NCBI GenBank assembly: GCA_964016885.1
Contig: OZ024740.1
Location: 85,994,001 to 86,058,000, forward strand
Reading direction: 5' to 3'
Origin: Eledone cirrhosa
Taxonomy: Eukaryota
Length of the DNA stretch: 64,000 bases
The position numbers were made by a program, and so were the translations under genes. Below are positions 15,168 through 30,441 of the stretch, in pieces (within the stretch, counting starts at the first letter, position 1; each line of letters starts with the position of its first letter). The notes under the pieces are model-generated. The model was given only the letters and a program-made list of their open reading frames with translations, had not been told where the DNA came from and did no database searches.

Positions 15168-15408
15168 ATATATATATATAATATATATATATATAATATA
15201 TATAATATAATATATATAATATATATATATATATAATATATATATATATAATATATATATAATATATATATATAATTCACTTTCACCTGTTTTTCCTATC
15301 TATATTTCACTTCCTACCTCGAGATTTCCCTTTGCATTGTTGTGGCTTTCTTAAATACGTATTTATTTTTACACATTTCACAATGCTTCAAGCAAACTTT
15401 AACACCCT

Positions 15409-15459
<51 letters not shown>

Positions 15460-16033
15460 TATATAATATATATATAATATATATATATATAATATATATA
15501 TAATATATATATATATAATATATATATATATATATAATATATATATATATAATATATATATATATAATATATATATAAATAATATATATATATATATATA
15601 ATATATATATAATATATATATATAATATATATATATAATATATATATATAATATATATATATATATAATATATATATATAATATATATATATATATATAA
15701 TATATATATATAATCTATATATATAATATATATATATAATATATATATAATATATATATATATAATATATATATAATATATATATAATATATATATATAT
15801 ATAAGATATATATATATATAATATATATATTATAATATATATATATATATAATATATCTATAATTAATATATATATATATATAATATATATACATACCTC
15901 CCTCTGCCTCTATCTTTACTTCGGCCCTTGAAAAAATTGATTCCACTTCATTCACTCTCATCTCGGGAACAGTTTTGGATTGCGCTAGCTCGTAATTTAA
16001 ATTCAAGAATTTTATATTCTTCGAATGAAAAGA

Positions 16034-16116
16034 ACCTTCTGACGAGAATCTTTCTTTGCAACGAAGGCCGTATGGCCTCCGTTTATTTTTGGGATTCGAA
16101 ACCGATCGGTAAAGGT
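16034..16116 (+). ncRNA. Type I hammerhead ribozyme with extended stem II
   Basis: ACCTT-CTGACGA-GAATCTT...GGGATTC-GAAAC CGATCG GTA-AAGGT; internal hairpin AACGAAGGCC/GGCCTCCGTT. Confidence 0.9.
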
Positions 16117-16517
16117 AACTATAGTAGGTAAAGTCAATTTTTTAAAATTTATTTTGAAACTTTTTCATTATTTGCTAAACCTTGTTTATATATGTTCTGG
16201 CTCGTTAATTTATTAACCTGCCATTGAACCACATTGGCATTTTGTTGGACAATACATGCGTCCCTTAGCGCCTTGTGCGTGAAGGAACACATAGCCTATT
16301 ATTACTATTCTCCTCTATTGTTGAGAAGCAAATTTGGTCGTTCCCACTGCTGCTAGTGATAGTTGCGGCCGGTTGACCTACCTCCCTCTGCCTCTATCTT
16401 TACTTCGGCCCTTGAAAAAATTGATTCCACTTCATTCACTCTCATCTCGGGAACAGTTTTGGATAGCGCTAGTTCGTAATTTAAATTCAAGAATTTTATA
16501 TTCTTCGAATGAAAAGA

Positions 16518-16600
16518 ACCTTCTGACGAGAATCTTTCTTTGCAACGAAGGCCGTATGGCCTCCGTTTATTTTTGGGATTCGAAACCGATCGATAAAGGT
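16518..16600 (+). ncRNA. Second hammerhead copy (GUA changed to AUA)
   Basis: Matches 16034-16116 except CGATCGATA. Confidence 0.8.
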
Positions 16601-16795
16601 AACTATAGTAGGTAAAGAGAATTTTTTAAAATTTATTTTGAAACTTTTTCATTATTTGCTAAACCTTGTTTATATAATATATATATATATATAATATATA
16701 TACATATATAATATATATATATATATATATAATATATATACATATAATATATATATATATAATATATATATATATATAATATGTATATATATATG

Positions 16796-16874
<79 letters not shown>

Positions 16875-16934
16875 GTATATATATATATAATATATATATA
16901 TATATATAATATAATATATATATATATATAATAT

Positions 16935-16990
<56 letters not shown>

Positions 16991-17064
16991 ATATATATAT
17001 ATATAATATATATATATATATATAATATAATATATATATATATATATATAATATAATATAATAT

Positions 17065-17098
<34 letters not shown>

Positions 17099-17105
17099 AT
17101 ATAAT

Positions 17106-17139
<34 letters not shown>

Positions 17140-17197
17140 ATATAATATATATATATATATATATATATAATATAATATATATATATATATATATATA

Positions 17198-17248
<51 letters not shown>

Positions 17249-17263
17249 ATATATATATATATA

Positions 17264-17316
<53 letters not shown>

Positions 17317-17339
17317 ATATATATATATATATAATATAT

Positions 17340-17393
<54 letters not shown>

Positions 17394-17396
17394 AAG

Positions 17397-17903
17397 GGCT
17401 GGATTTGTGTAAATCCTTGAAAGGTTTATTATACTATGATCATTTCAATGACCGGGTTCCGTATGAATCCGGTGATATCATCAGGTATTCGAAATATAAT
17501 ACGTGAATGTAATAGATGAAATCCATGGCGCTGAAAATCGAGGACCCGAGGGCGACCGCTATTCTGTTCCTTCAACCTCAGCCGTCGCCCACGAGTCTTC
17601 GATTTTCAGCCCCATGGATTTTATCTATTACATTCACGTATTATATTTCGAATACCTGATGATATCACCGGATTCATACGGAACCCGGTCATTGAAATGA
17701 TCATAGTATAATAAACCTTTCAAGGATTTACACAAATCCAGCCTACTGTCATTTCATTATAATATTTAACTCCGTAATAGCACCACCAACTACAAAAACA
17801 AAGACGGTTGAACTGCCTTACGTTGAGTACTCTCTATATTATTGCATTACGATTGACCATACGGAATAGACCAGCTCTATACAGTGGTGAACCTCAAACC
17901 TGA

Positions 17904-17909
<6 letters not shown>
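17397..17909 (+). mobile_element. Fold-back pLTR/retrozyme with 164-bp arms and HHR
   Basis: Arms 17397-17560 / 17580-17743, unique tail to ~17909, (TA)n flanks. Confidence 0.85.
17652..17709 (+). ncRNA. Type I hammerhead; mirror copy at 17431-17488 (-)
   Basis: ATAC-CTGATGA-stem II ATCACCGG/CCGGTCAT-GAAA TGATCA TA-GTAT; stem III ATGATCAT. Confidence 0.85.
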
Positions 17910-17995
<86 letters not shown>

Positions 17996-18203
17996 TATAT
18001 ATAATATATATTTATATATATATGTGTAGGAGGTGAGTTTTATTGTAGTACAATAAGGCAATGCAGATATCGGATAAGAAGCACTCTACAGTTTTTAGGA
18101 CTGGAGTATACATAATATATAAGAACAAATTATATATAAATATGTTGATTTAAAACTGCACTATCCACAAGTGTTTTTTTAACCTTCATATCATGTCTTC
18201 CTA

Positions 18204-18270
18204 TTTTATCTGATGAAAACACAAATATTATTGCATGATGATATTTGTTTTTGAAATGCGCATAATAAAA
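18204..18270 (+). ncRNA. Type I hammerhead within a partly inverted pLTR-like element (18025-18300)
   Basis: TTTTAT-CTGATGA-long AT-rich stem II-GAAA TGCGCA TA-ATAAAA; homolog at 63900-63966 (-). Confidence 0.82.
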
Positions 18271-18300
18271 TACATGGAACTCTTTTAACCATCTTTTGTT

Positions 18301-18357
<57 letters not shown>

Positions 18358-18498
18358 ATAATAATAAATTTGAAGAGTAAAATCCAAAGAGGGCTCGATA
18401 AGGATAAATATATATCAAATATATAAGAACCGTAGAGCAAATATTTAAGGGTGAATGCACCAATTCTTGGCTTAATATTTAATCTGTTATCTTAAGAA

Positions 18499-18593
<95 letters not shown>

Positions 18594-18614
18594 ATATATA
18601 TATATATATATATA

Positions 18615-18656
<42 letters not shown>

Positions 18657-18793
18657 TTAATATATATATATAAAATATATATATATTATATATATATATA
18701 TATATTATATATATATATATATTATATATATATTATATATGTATATATATATTATATATATATATATTATATATATATTATATATGTATATAT

Positions 18794-18825
<32 letters not shown>

Positions 18826-19171
18826 ATATATTATATATTATATATATATATATTATATATATATATATTTTATATGTATATATATATATTATATATATTA
18901 TATATATTATATATATATATATATTATATATATATATATTATATATATATATATTATATATATATATATTATATATATATATATTATATATATATATATA
19001 TATTATATATATATATTATATATATATATATTATATATATATATTATATATATATATATTATATATATATATATTATATATATATTATATATATATATAT
19101 TATATATATATATATAATATATATATATATAATATATATATATATATAATATATATATATATATAATATAT

Positions 19172-19205
<34 letters not shown>

Positions 19206-19269
19206 ATATATATATATATATGATATATATATATATAATATATATATATAATATATATATATATATATT

Positions 19270-19710
19270 AAGTAAGTGTTGTACTAAGAGTGAGAAATGA
19301 AATTTCGTTTCATTCTATTCCATTTATCATTTTCGGTGCGCCTGGCCGACTGAACTCACTCGATATGCAAATTAGGCTGCTCAGCCGTTAATTTTCATAA
19401 GGAAAGTATATACTTTCGGACGTTCAACCATCTGGCAGAAAGGTATACGGTGCTGGCGATAGCTAATAAGCTTGAAACTAGTACATCGTTCCAGTGTCAG
19501 TGTTGAACAAAAAGGTGACGTGGTTGCCTAAACACTGTACGGCGTAATTCAGGCTGTTTGTTTGTTTACAAACGAACAAACCAAGCATTATAATAAATGT
19601 TCGGTAAACTGATACGTGCATATATATATGTGTGCCTGTATGTATATATACACATGCTACTGTACGTCTGTATACATATATGTATGTACGTATACATACA
19701 TACTTACATA
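19270..19710 (+). mobile_element. Near-complete monomer of the ~440-450 nt retrozyme-like family, HHR at 19447-19489 (A6G)
   Basis: ACGGTG-CTGGCGA-TAGCT aata AGCT-TGAAAC TA GTA-CATCGT; shared with 6.7, 26.2 and 39.9 kb copies. Confidence 0.8.
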
Positions 19711-20520
19711 TAAAGGACTAGAAAACTATTGCACAAAACATTCAAAAACTTTAACCTTAGTATCACCATGGACAAAAACACCAAAAACGTCAACTTCCTA
19801 GACGCCACACTCTACCTAGACTCAATGATATATGCACCTTTCCACAAACCTAATGAAAAACTCATCTACGTAGATACCAAGTCTAACCACCCTAAATCTA
19901 TATTGAACTCTATCTCTAAGGTATTATCTAATAGAATCTCTAATCTATCCTATGACATAAACACATTTAACAATAACTCGCAGTATTATAATCAGGCATT
20001 AGCTAGATCAGGCCATAATACAGGGATAGAGTTCCTACCTACAAAAACACATAGCTACAACATTATTTCACACAACATGTCCATGGGAAAATTTAATAAT
20101 AGGAATAGCAACTGCACACACACACTAATAGGGATAGTAACAACAAAAGTAACCCACACCACAGAAATTACCATAGGAACTTTAAAGGAAACAAATCACC
20201 AGACATAAAAAACAGAAATAGAAGAAGAAATAATACATTTTTCAACCCTCCTTTCAATTTTAACGTCTCTACCAATCTACCTAGGGCTTTCTTCTCACTA
20301 CTAGATAAACACTTCCCATCCGGCCACAGGTACCACGGCCTTTTAAACAAAAACACCATTAAGATCTCATACTCTACTACGCCTAACTTAGCATTCCACA
20401 TAGCTAGTACCAATAAAAGAAAAATTAATTCTTACTTCCAACAAACTAAATCACAACAGTCGATAAACCTTCAAAATAACATTCAAAATAACATTCAAAG
20501 TAACATTATAGCAACTAACC

Positions 20521-20706
20521 GGGCGGTGGATTCGCAGTATCGGTAGAGGGTCGGACGCCATGCTTTGCAGCACAGTTACGTCCCTTTACGGACTGAGTTC
20601 AAATCCAGCCGAGGTTAACTTTGCCTTTCATCCTTACGGGGTCGATAAAATAAAGTACCAGTAATACACTGGGATAATTGCTGGCCTTGTGCCAAAAGTA
20701 GAAACA
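20521..20706 (+). mobile_element. Full-length tRNA-derived SINE (family A) inserted in the PLE ORF
   Basis: 16-bp TSD ATTATAGCAACTAACC (20505-20520 / 20707-20722); B box GAGTTCAAATCC; ctttcatccttacggggtcgataaaataaagtacc core. Confidence 0.9.
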
Positions 20707-23206
20707 ATTATAGCAACTAACCGTAATACCAATGGAAATAATAGTAATAGCACTAGTGTAAACATTAACGCTGCGTACCACAACCCACATAACCATAACC
20801 CTATAGCTAACATCCAAACTTCTACACAGCATAGTAACCGGCAGACTAGCACCCAGAGTAATTGTAACTGTAGATCAAGTAGAAACTGCCCTTTAGATAA
20901 AAAATGCTTAACCAAGGATATCATATACTCATGTACAGTCACAACTAACAACTCTTCTGAAACCTATATAGGCTCTACTTCTAACTGCTTCAAAACTAGA
21001 TACAATTCGCACATCCACTCTTTCAAAAAACACAGTCTAGCCAACTCCACTTCACTATCTAGCTACATACACTATCTAAAAACTAAAAATAAAATATATA
21101 CACTTAAATGGGAAGTGGTAGGTAGTGCAACATCGTACAAACCACCTAATAAATTTTGTAACCTCTGTCTACTTGAGACCCATACTATCATCTTCTCTAA
21201 ACATAATCTCCTTAATAAAAAATCAGAAGTGTTCGCAACTTGCCAACACCGCTTCCGACACTCATTCCAAAACTTTAAACCCTATATATAATAATGTCAG
21301 ACTGGAACCGGCACCACCCCTGGCAATTAACATCAGTAGCTCACCTTGCACCTCACATCTACACCCATTTATATACTCTAAGGATAATACTGACAGCATT
21401 TTAGTACCACCTACCCTGGGAATACCCCCTTATACCTCTAATTCTGATATCTCGACCGTGGACTACTTAAACTGCATTGCACAAATATAAGATTAGTATA
21501 AACCGGGGACACGGTATTGGTTGCGATAACATAATCCTGTGCATGGATTGCCACCAGGAGATAGATTGATGATTAGATAGATAATCGTATTGTTATGTGA
21601 ATATATACTGTGAACGATCAGTTCAATGAATTATGCACAGGTGATGCATGAGTTAGGAGTCTCTGTGTTGCCAGGTGACCTGATCGGTATCTTTTGACGT
21701 GAATTCACCGGGGATGCAGTCATACTACGACCTGAATCTCGCCGGGAGTCATGTATGACAATAAGACCATTACTAATAGTGAGACCCATATAATTAATTA
21801 TGTAGTCTGACTCTCCATATAGATTGGCCGGGTGTGGCACCCCATATTGGATTGTAGTCATCATGATATGAACTCCTTTAGTACTTATTAATGGACTCCA
21901 CTCCAACTTGTAGATGGGATACCTGATTTATATGTGGGATGGGAGTTTGTGCATTGCTTGGTGGCCAGACAGGGGTCCTGCTATGAGAGATTTAATCTCC
22001 AGATTGTAATCATCATGATATGAACTCCTTTAGTACCTATTGATAGATTCCACTCTAACTTGTAGGTGTGATACCTAATTAATTTATATATGAGATGGGG
22101 GTGTTCTATTGCCTGATGGCCAGAATAGTGCCTTATATGAGAAATTTGATCTCCGGACCACCCCGGAGGTATTCAGATTTACTGGAGATTCAGACATACA
22201 ATGACCCAGAGCCTACTGGGTGTCATATACAATAGTGGGAAAATGCCAGGTCCTACTGTTGTATTACATTTGCATGGAGCAGTGGTCTGGGAGTCTGACT
22301 CCTCTTATAGAATGTTCAGATATGACACCCTTAATGGAAGGTAATCATCCTAATATATACACCCTTGTACTTCTTAATGGACAGCTCTCTAACCTATAAA
22401 TGGGAAACATACTCTAGAAATTAGTTGTAACTTCATATGATAGGCACGTATTTGAATCACCATTAATGTAGTTTAGGATAATAAATTTAACTAAGAAAAC
22501 CAGCTAGTTACCTCCCCTTACGCTTTAATTCCCCTTAGTCATTCAGACACTTCCGGATTCTAAACAACATGATCTATTAATTAAGAACCGTCAAGATACG
22601 CTTTATAACTTGATTATATGCTGAACCATCGTGAATTATACGATAGACACGTGTTCTATATATTGCGTCTCATGGATTATGTGAGTGGTGGTGTGAGCGA
22701 AGACAGTGGTACGGCTTTGCCTACGATACAATAAGGTTTATAATATGTTGGAAGTTTTTGATATTTTGATGTTTCCCTGCTTCCGGGACTGTATATCATA
22801 CAGATGTATGCGAATAAATGACTGAATAATTCAGCCCACATAATAAGATCGATTGCCTGCTTCAACTGCCTGACCCTGCAAATATCATTCTGACGCACTC
22901 TAATCATGTATAAATAAGACACGCGTGCATGCTACACGTGAGATTGTTTCATACACTGACTACTCTAAACTTTCCTCTTGCTTTATCTTCATAGACTGCC
23001 AACGCTTCATGTTTATATTTATTTTCATCTTTGTTTTTATTTTTATTTTTATCCTGTAACCTCTATATGTAAATTGCCATGCTATATCATTTGATGAATG
23101 TCACCCCACTGTTGATCAATATGCGCATATGTTTTATATGTCTCTTGTGTTTTATATGTCTCTTGGGTTGAAAAGAAGGTCAAGTATGTTATAGATCAGT
23201 AAATAG

Positions 23207-23255
23207 TTGCTCCGAAGAATCCAAACCTCGGTTTGGAGGAAACAATTGTAAGCAA
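23207..23255 (+). ncRNA. Type I hammerhead (CCGAAGA core variant)
   Basis: TTGCT-CCGAAGA-A-TCCAAAC ctcg GTTTGGA-G-GAAAC AATT GTA-AGCAA. Confidence 0.8.
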
Positions 23256-24027
23256 ATAAATGACTTAAACTGAACTTTGATTATTGTAATCTCTATATAA
23301 CTGCTCTGTAAAACAACTGATGTTATTACATTGAGCTATTTATCTTACTGGTAATAGGATAGTAATTAATGACTATCTTTCACTATTTAGGGTTGTATAA
23401 CAAAAGTAGAAACAATTATTTATTTATTTTCTGTTTTCTTCATTTATTGCCTTATATTTATTCATATACATGGAAGACCCCCCCCCCCTAACACCACCAC
23501 CACCACTATGAGAGATGGTGGCAGGAGGGATGAAGAAAAAACACACACTGGATACTTCTAAATTGTTAGCAGTAGCAAGATATAAGCTGACCACAACACC
23601 AACAACACTACCAAATTAATGGTAGAGGTCAAATGTACTTAACAATAGCAAACAAAAACACTACAGGGAGCCTCACCCCAGAAAGAATTCTATAGACTTC
23701 TGACTGAGGAATGCTCTCAGAACTGACCAATGGGAAGTTTGACACTTTTTTTGTTATTTTGTTCCTTTAACACCTTGTCCCTTCTGCCATTTTATCAATG
23801 TTTTAAGCTAACTCCAACAATAACAACACTTAGAATGAGGAATGTTCTAATAACTGACCAATGAGAGGAGAAGAAGACCTTTGACACTGAAATTCGTTTG
23901 TTTGAATTCATATGATTCCAGTTCCTCAGTCAAATAACAACCCAACCAGGAACTGGGCATATCAGAGTATTGACAATATTATACACCTCAGCAACATATG
24001 TAATTGTCTATACCATACTAATTCAAA

Positions 24028-24080
24028 CTGCCTGAAGAGGTCACAGCCAAAGATCGCTGTCACTGAAATATATATAGCAG
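24028..24080 (+). ncRNA. Type I hammerhead in a pLTR-like segment (~23910-24125); degenerate homolog at ~39415-39465
   Basis: CTGC-CTGAAGA-stem II GTCACAGC/GCTGTCAC-TGAAA TATATA TA-GCAG. Confidence 0.75.
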
Positions 24081-24131
24081 TAATAAACGAAGCTAAATTT
24101 TAATCATTTGACTTTTTATTTAACTTTATTT

Positions 24132-24170
<39 letters not shown>

Positions 24171-24179
24171 TAGAGAGAG

Positions 24180-26025
24180 ATTTCGATTCTGAATTTGTTT
24201 AGCAGGATTCTTTATCTGAAATCGTGTGTTGAAACCGATATTGTTATACTTTGGGAGGGTCATGTTGCCAATAAGAAACACACGCACCAGTTGCTTTCAC
24301 TTCAATTTATTATAATAAATTTATAAATTTAGGAATTTACAAATTTCTGGTTGGTTGGTTGGTTCCACAACCAGATAGTTGTTTATATATTGTCAAAGTT
24401 CTTTCGTCACACATTCTGTGACCTCTTCAGTGACTGAGGATTCTTTTCTTTGTTTTTGTGCCTCTCCTTTGTTCTGTCCTACGCCATTTTGTTTCTGTGT
24501 GTGTGTTGTGTGCTCAGTCTGCGCATGCGCCACATCCGGGTGTCTGTGTGTGTTTATATTTGTTTATTTATTTGTTTATTTACATGTTACTGGTTGGTTG
24601 TTTGTTCTATGTGTGTGTGTGTTTTCATTTTGTCCTTAATTGTAAGTTGTAATGTTGCTGTTCCACTCATATTTTCTATTTAATTTTGGTTGTAATTCTT
24701 TTATGTTTATTGCCTCTGTGATTTGTTTAAACATTGCGTCTTTTCTGTGTGTAGATTCTATTTTTATTTCTATGTTCTCTAATTTACCATTATGTTCTAT
24801 TTTAGCATGTTGGTAGAGTACAGATGATTCTTTACTATCTTGAAGGTCTCGCCAGTGTTCATTTATCCGTTCCAACGAGCTGTCTCACCTATGTACACTA
24901 TATTTTTGTCTCTACATTGTCCTTCAGTACATCTTATGCTATACACTACATTTCTAGTTTTAGAGTTAATATGGGGGCTTATTTTACAGGTTATACATTT
25001 CTTATCTATACAGGCGGGGGTCTTTGGAAAGGATATGTCTTGCTAATAAGTGTTTTTACGGAGGTACCTGGTCTTTCTACTATCTTAATATTGAGTTTAT
25101 GTTTATCCAGGGCCCTTCTAAATTTGTAAGCTAATTCACCTCTAGGGGTTGTATCGATGAACATTATACTCTGGTATTTATTGCTATCATACCATGAGTT
25201 TATTCTATTAGCCTTATTCCTAGTTCTTTCTATTCTATTCCAAAATTTGCTCCTATACAGCGGGCAGGTCCCATTTGTTTCATTATTTACCATTTTTTCC
25301 CATTTGGTTCTGGCTCCTCTATATACTCTGATTCTATCTCTCTGATTGTAACCAGAGAACTGCATACGGTGGATGAAGTGTTGTATGTGTCTCTCTAGTT
25401 CTTCGGGGTTGCACATGCGGGACACGTTTCTCATCACCCGTACCAAATCCGCAATCAGTATGTTGATTTTGGTATGGTCCGAAACAGCCGAGTTTCGGTG
25501 GATCAGATGTTTGGAAGTCATGAGTTTGGCATAATGGGAATGGCGGATTTGTTTTTTGTTATTAATGGTATCTAACCAGAGCTCTGTGTCTAGTACAGGT
25601 AATCGATGGTTGGGGTGTTTACTTGGGTAGTCTATAGTAACTCTAATACTCTGGTGGATGGAGTTAGCTATTTGCTAGATGCTTTCCATTGTGTTTTTCA
25701 CTAGTTCCTGACTGTTCTCTAGTGGGGATGTGGCGCATTCGCAGACTGAGCACACAACACACACACAGAAACAAAATGGCGTAGGACAGAACAAAGGAGA
25801 GGCACAAAAACAAAGAAAAGAATCCCCAGTCACTGAAGAGGTCACAGAATGTGTGACGAAAGAACTTTGACAATATATAAACAACTATCTGGTTGTGGAA
25901 CCAACCAACCAACCAGAAATTTGTAAATTCCTAAATTTATAAATTTATTATAATAAATTGAAGTGAAAGCGACTGGTGCGTGTGTTTCTTATTGGCAACA
26001 TGACCCTCCCAAAGTATAACAATAT
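24180..26025 (-). mobile_element. Penelope-like element (distinct clade), 5'-truncated, with 300-bp inverted pLTR
   Basis: Arms 24238-24537 / 25726-26025; coding 25725->24636 with IANSIH..LPVLD, SGY, VVYSIRC..YIGETAR, EAINIKELQPKLN; HHRs at 24392-24434 (-) and 25829-25871 (+). Confidence 0.88.
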
Positions 26026-26061
26026 ATATAGAGAGATATACATATATATATATATATAGAG

Positions 26062-26109
<48 letters not shown>

Positions 26110-26159
26110 ATAGAGATTTATATATATAGAGAGAGATAGAGATATATATAGAGAGAGAG

Positions 26160-26209
<50 letters not shown>

Positions 26210-26229
26210 TGTATGTGTATATATATCTA

Positions 26230-26358
26230 TAAAGGTGACGTGGTTGCTTTAACACCGTATGGCATAACTCAGGCTGTTCGCTTGTTTACAAACGGACAAA
26301 GCGGGCGTTATAATAAACGTTCGCTAAACTGATACGTACATATATATATGTGTACCTG

Positions 26359-26402
<44 letters not shown>

Positions 26403-26512
26403 TATGCATGCTACTGTACGTCTGTATACATATATGTATGTACGTATACATACATACTTACATTTAAGTAAGTGCCGTACTAAGAGTGAGAAATGAAATT
26501 TCGTTTCATTAT
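26230..26512 (+). mobile_element. 3' part of the ~440-450 nt retrozyme-like family
   Basis: Matches 19510-19710 and then continues into the sequence that begins the 19270 copy. Confidence 0.75.
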
Positions 26513-26519
26513 ATTACAA

Positions 26520-28993
<2,474 letters not shown>

Positions 28994-29038
28994 TATATAT
29001 ATATATATATATATAGATATAGATATATATATAGATAA

Positions 29039-29112
<74 letters not shown>

Positions 29113-29115
<3 letters not shown>

Positions 29116-29654
29116 TTAGTCCTTCATCAGTGATCTTCCAACCCTCATTGGTATTTCATCGCTTTAAAGACCATATACCTACGGTTGGTGCGAGCAACGG
29201 CTAAAAAATGTCGTTGGGACACGTAAATAAAGGGGACACGAGAGTGTAAACAAACAAAGATGGTGAACCAACGAAAAGTGAGGAAGAAGGAGTCACAGAC
29301 TAGATTCCTTCTTCATCCCGTTAGACCTGTACGGAATTCCTTCCTTGCTCACATTCCAATCAGGTTTGATGGTCTTTATTCTCTCTCGTTCACGATTTCA
29401 CCGAACTTATATTCATGGAAATTTCGGACTTGGCTCCTTCTTCCTCATTTTTCGTTGCTTCACCATCTTTGTTTGTTTACACTCTCGTGTCCCCTTTATT
29501 TACGTGTCCCAACGGCTTTTTTTAGCCGTTGCTCGCACCAACCGGAGGTATATGGTCTTTAAAGCGATGAAATACCAATGATGGTTGGAAGATCACTGAT
29601 GAAGGACTAACTTTATTCATATGTAACCCATTAGCAACCACGCAGCACGTTTAT

Positions 29655-29660
<6 letters not shown>
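29113..29660. mobile_element. Fold-back element with 180-bp arms and a half HHR core (CTGATGAAGGAC)
   Basis: Arms 29113-29292 / 29434-29613; (TA)n flanks. Confidence 0.8.
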
Positions 29661-29747
<87 letters not shown>

Positions 29748-30174
29748 ACCATATATCATTTGAGAAATACACATATAAAACAAATGGTATTCAGGAAAAT
29801 ATATTTACTTTAACGTGGAAAAAGTCATTTTTCCTTACAGCGCCATTCCCAAGTCCAAAACCTCGGAGAAATCAATCGATCTAAATAAATAACTATCGAT
29901 TACCAACAATCAATTTTGGTAAAGAAACGAAAGACATGTTTCATTACCAGGGAATATATATATATGACTGGAGGTTGTATCGGCTAGAAAGAGCGGTGAA
30001 GTCCTTGTCACAGTGGAAGCAACACAACAAATTACTAAATTTGGAGTAGTTATATACTCTGTTAATGTATCAATACATATTTAATATGTATGATGATCAT
30101 GTTTCTCAATAAATAAGATTAAACAAATAGACCTTGGTTTAGAGCCTCAATAACTCAAATTTAAAAGGTACACA

Positions 30175-30280
<106 letters not shown>

Positions 30281-30441
30281 TGGAACCGTATATCGTTTGA
30301 GAAATGCATAGTAATATGTACACATATGTAAAGCAAATAATAATCAGGAAAATATACATACTTTAAGGTGGAAAAAGCCATTTTCCCATTACAGCGCTGT
30401 TTCATAGTCCAAAAAACGGAGCGATTGATCGATCTAAATAA

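Larger units (their letters stand above)
15895..16674 (+). mobile_element. Non-LTR retrozyme-like tandem: 1.6 copies of a 484-nt monomer with two HHRs
   Basis: Direct repeat 15895-16190 / 16379-16674, offset exactly 484; no credible ORF; (TA)n flanks. Confidence 0.88.
14650..19268. repeat. Compound (TA)n/(TATAA) microsatellite field interrupted by short HHR elements
   Basis: Tracts at ~14650-15275, 15410-15890, 16675-17390, 17910-18020 and 18500-19268. Confidence 0.95.
19711..23395 (+). mobile_element. Penelope-like (Neptune-type) element, 5'-truncated, frameshifted, SINE-interrupted, with long 3' UTR (3' boundary approximate)
   Basis: VNFLDATL/SNHP (19729..20208), FFNPPF at ~20240, CNCRSSRNCPL and IIY...YIG...LLNKKSE (to 21291); HHR at 23207. 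Confidence 0.85.

Noticed and set aside
15928-16615. Duplicated 67/93-aa ORFs
   Set aside because: They overlap the HHR, use non-ATG starts and have no recognisable domain; they are a by-product of the tandem repeat
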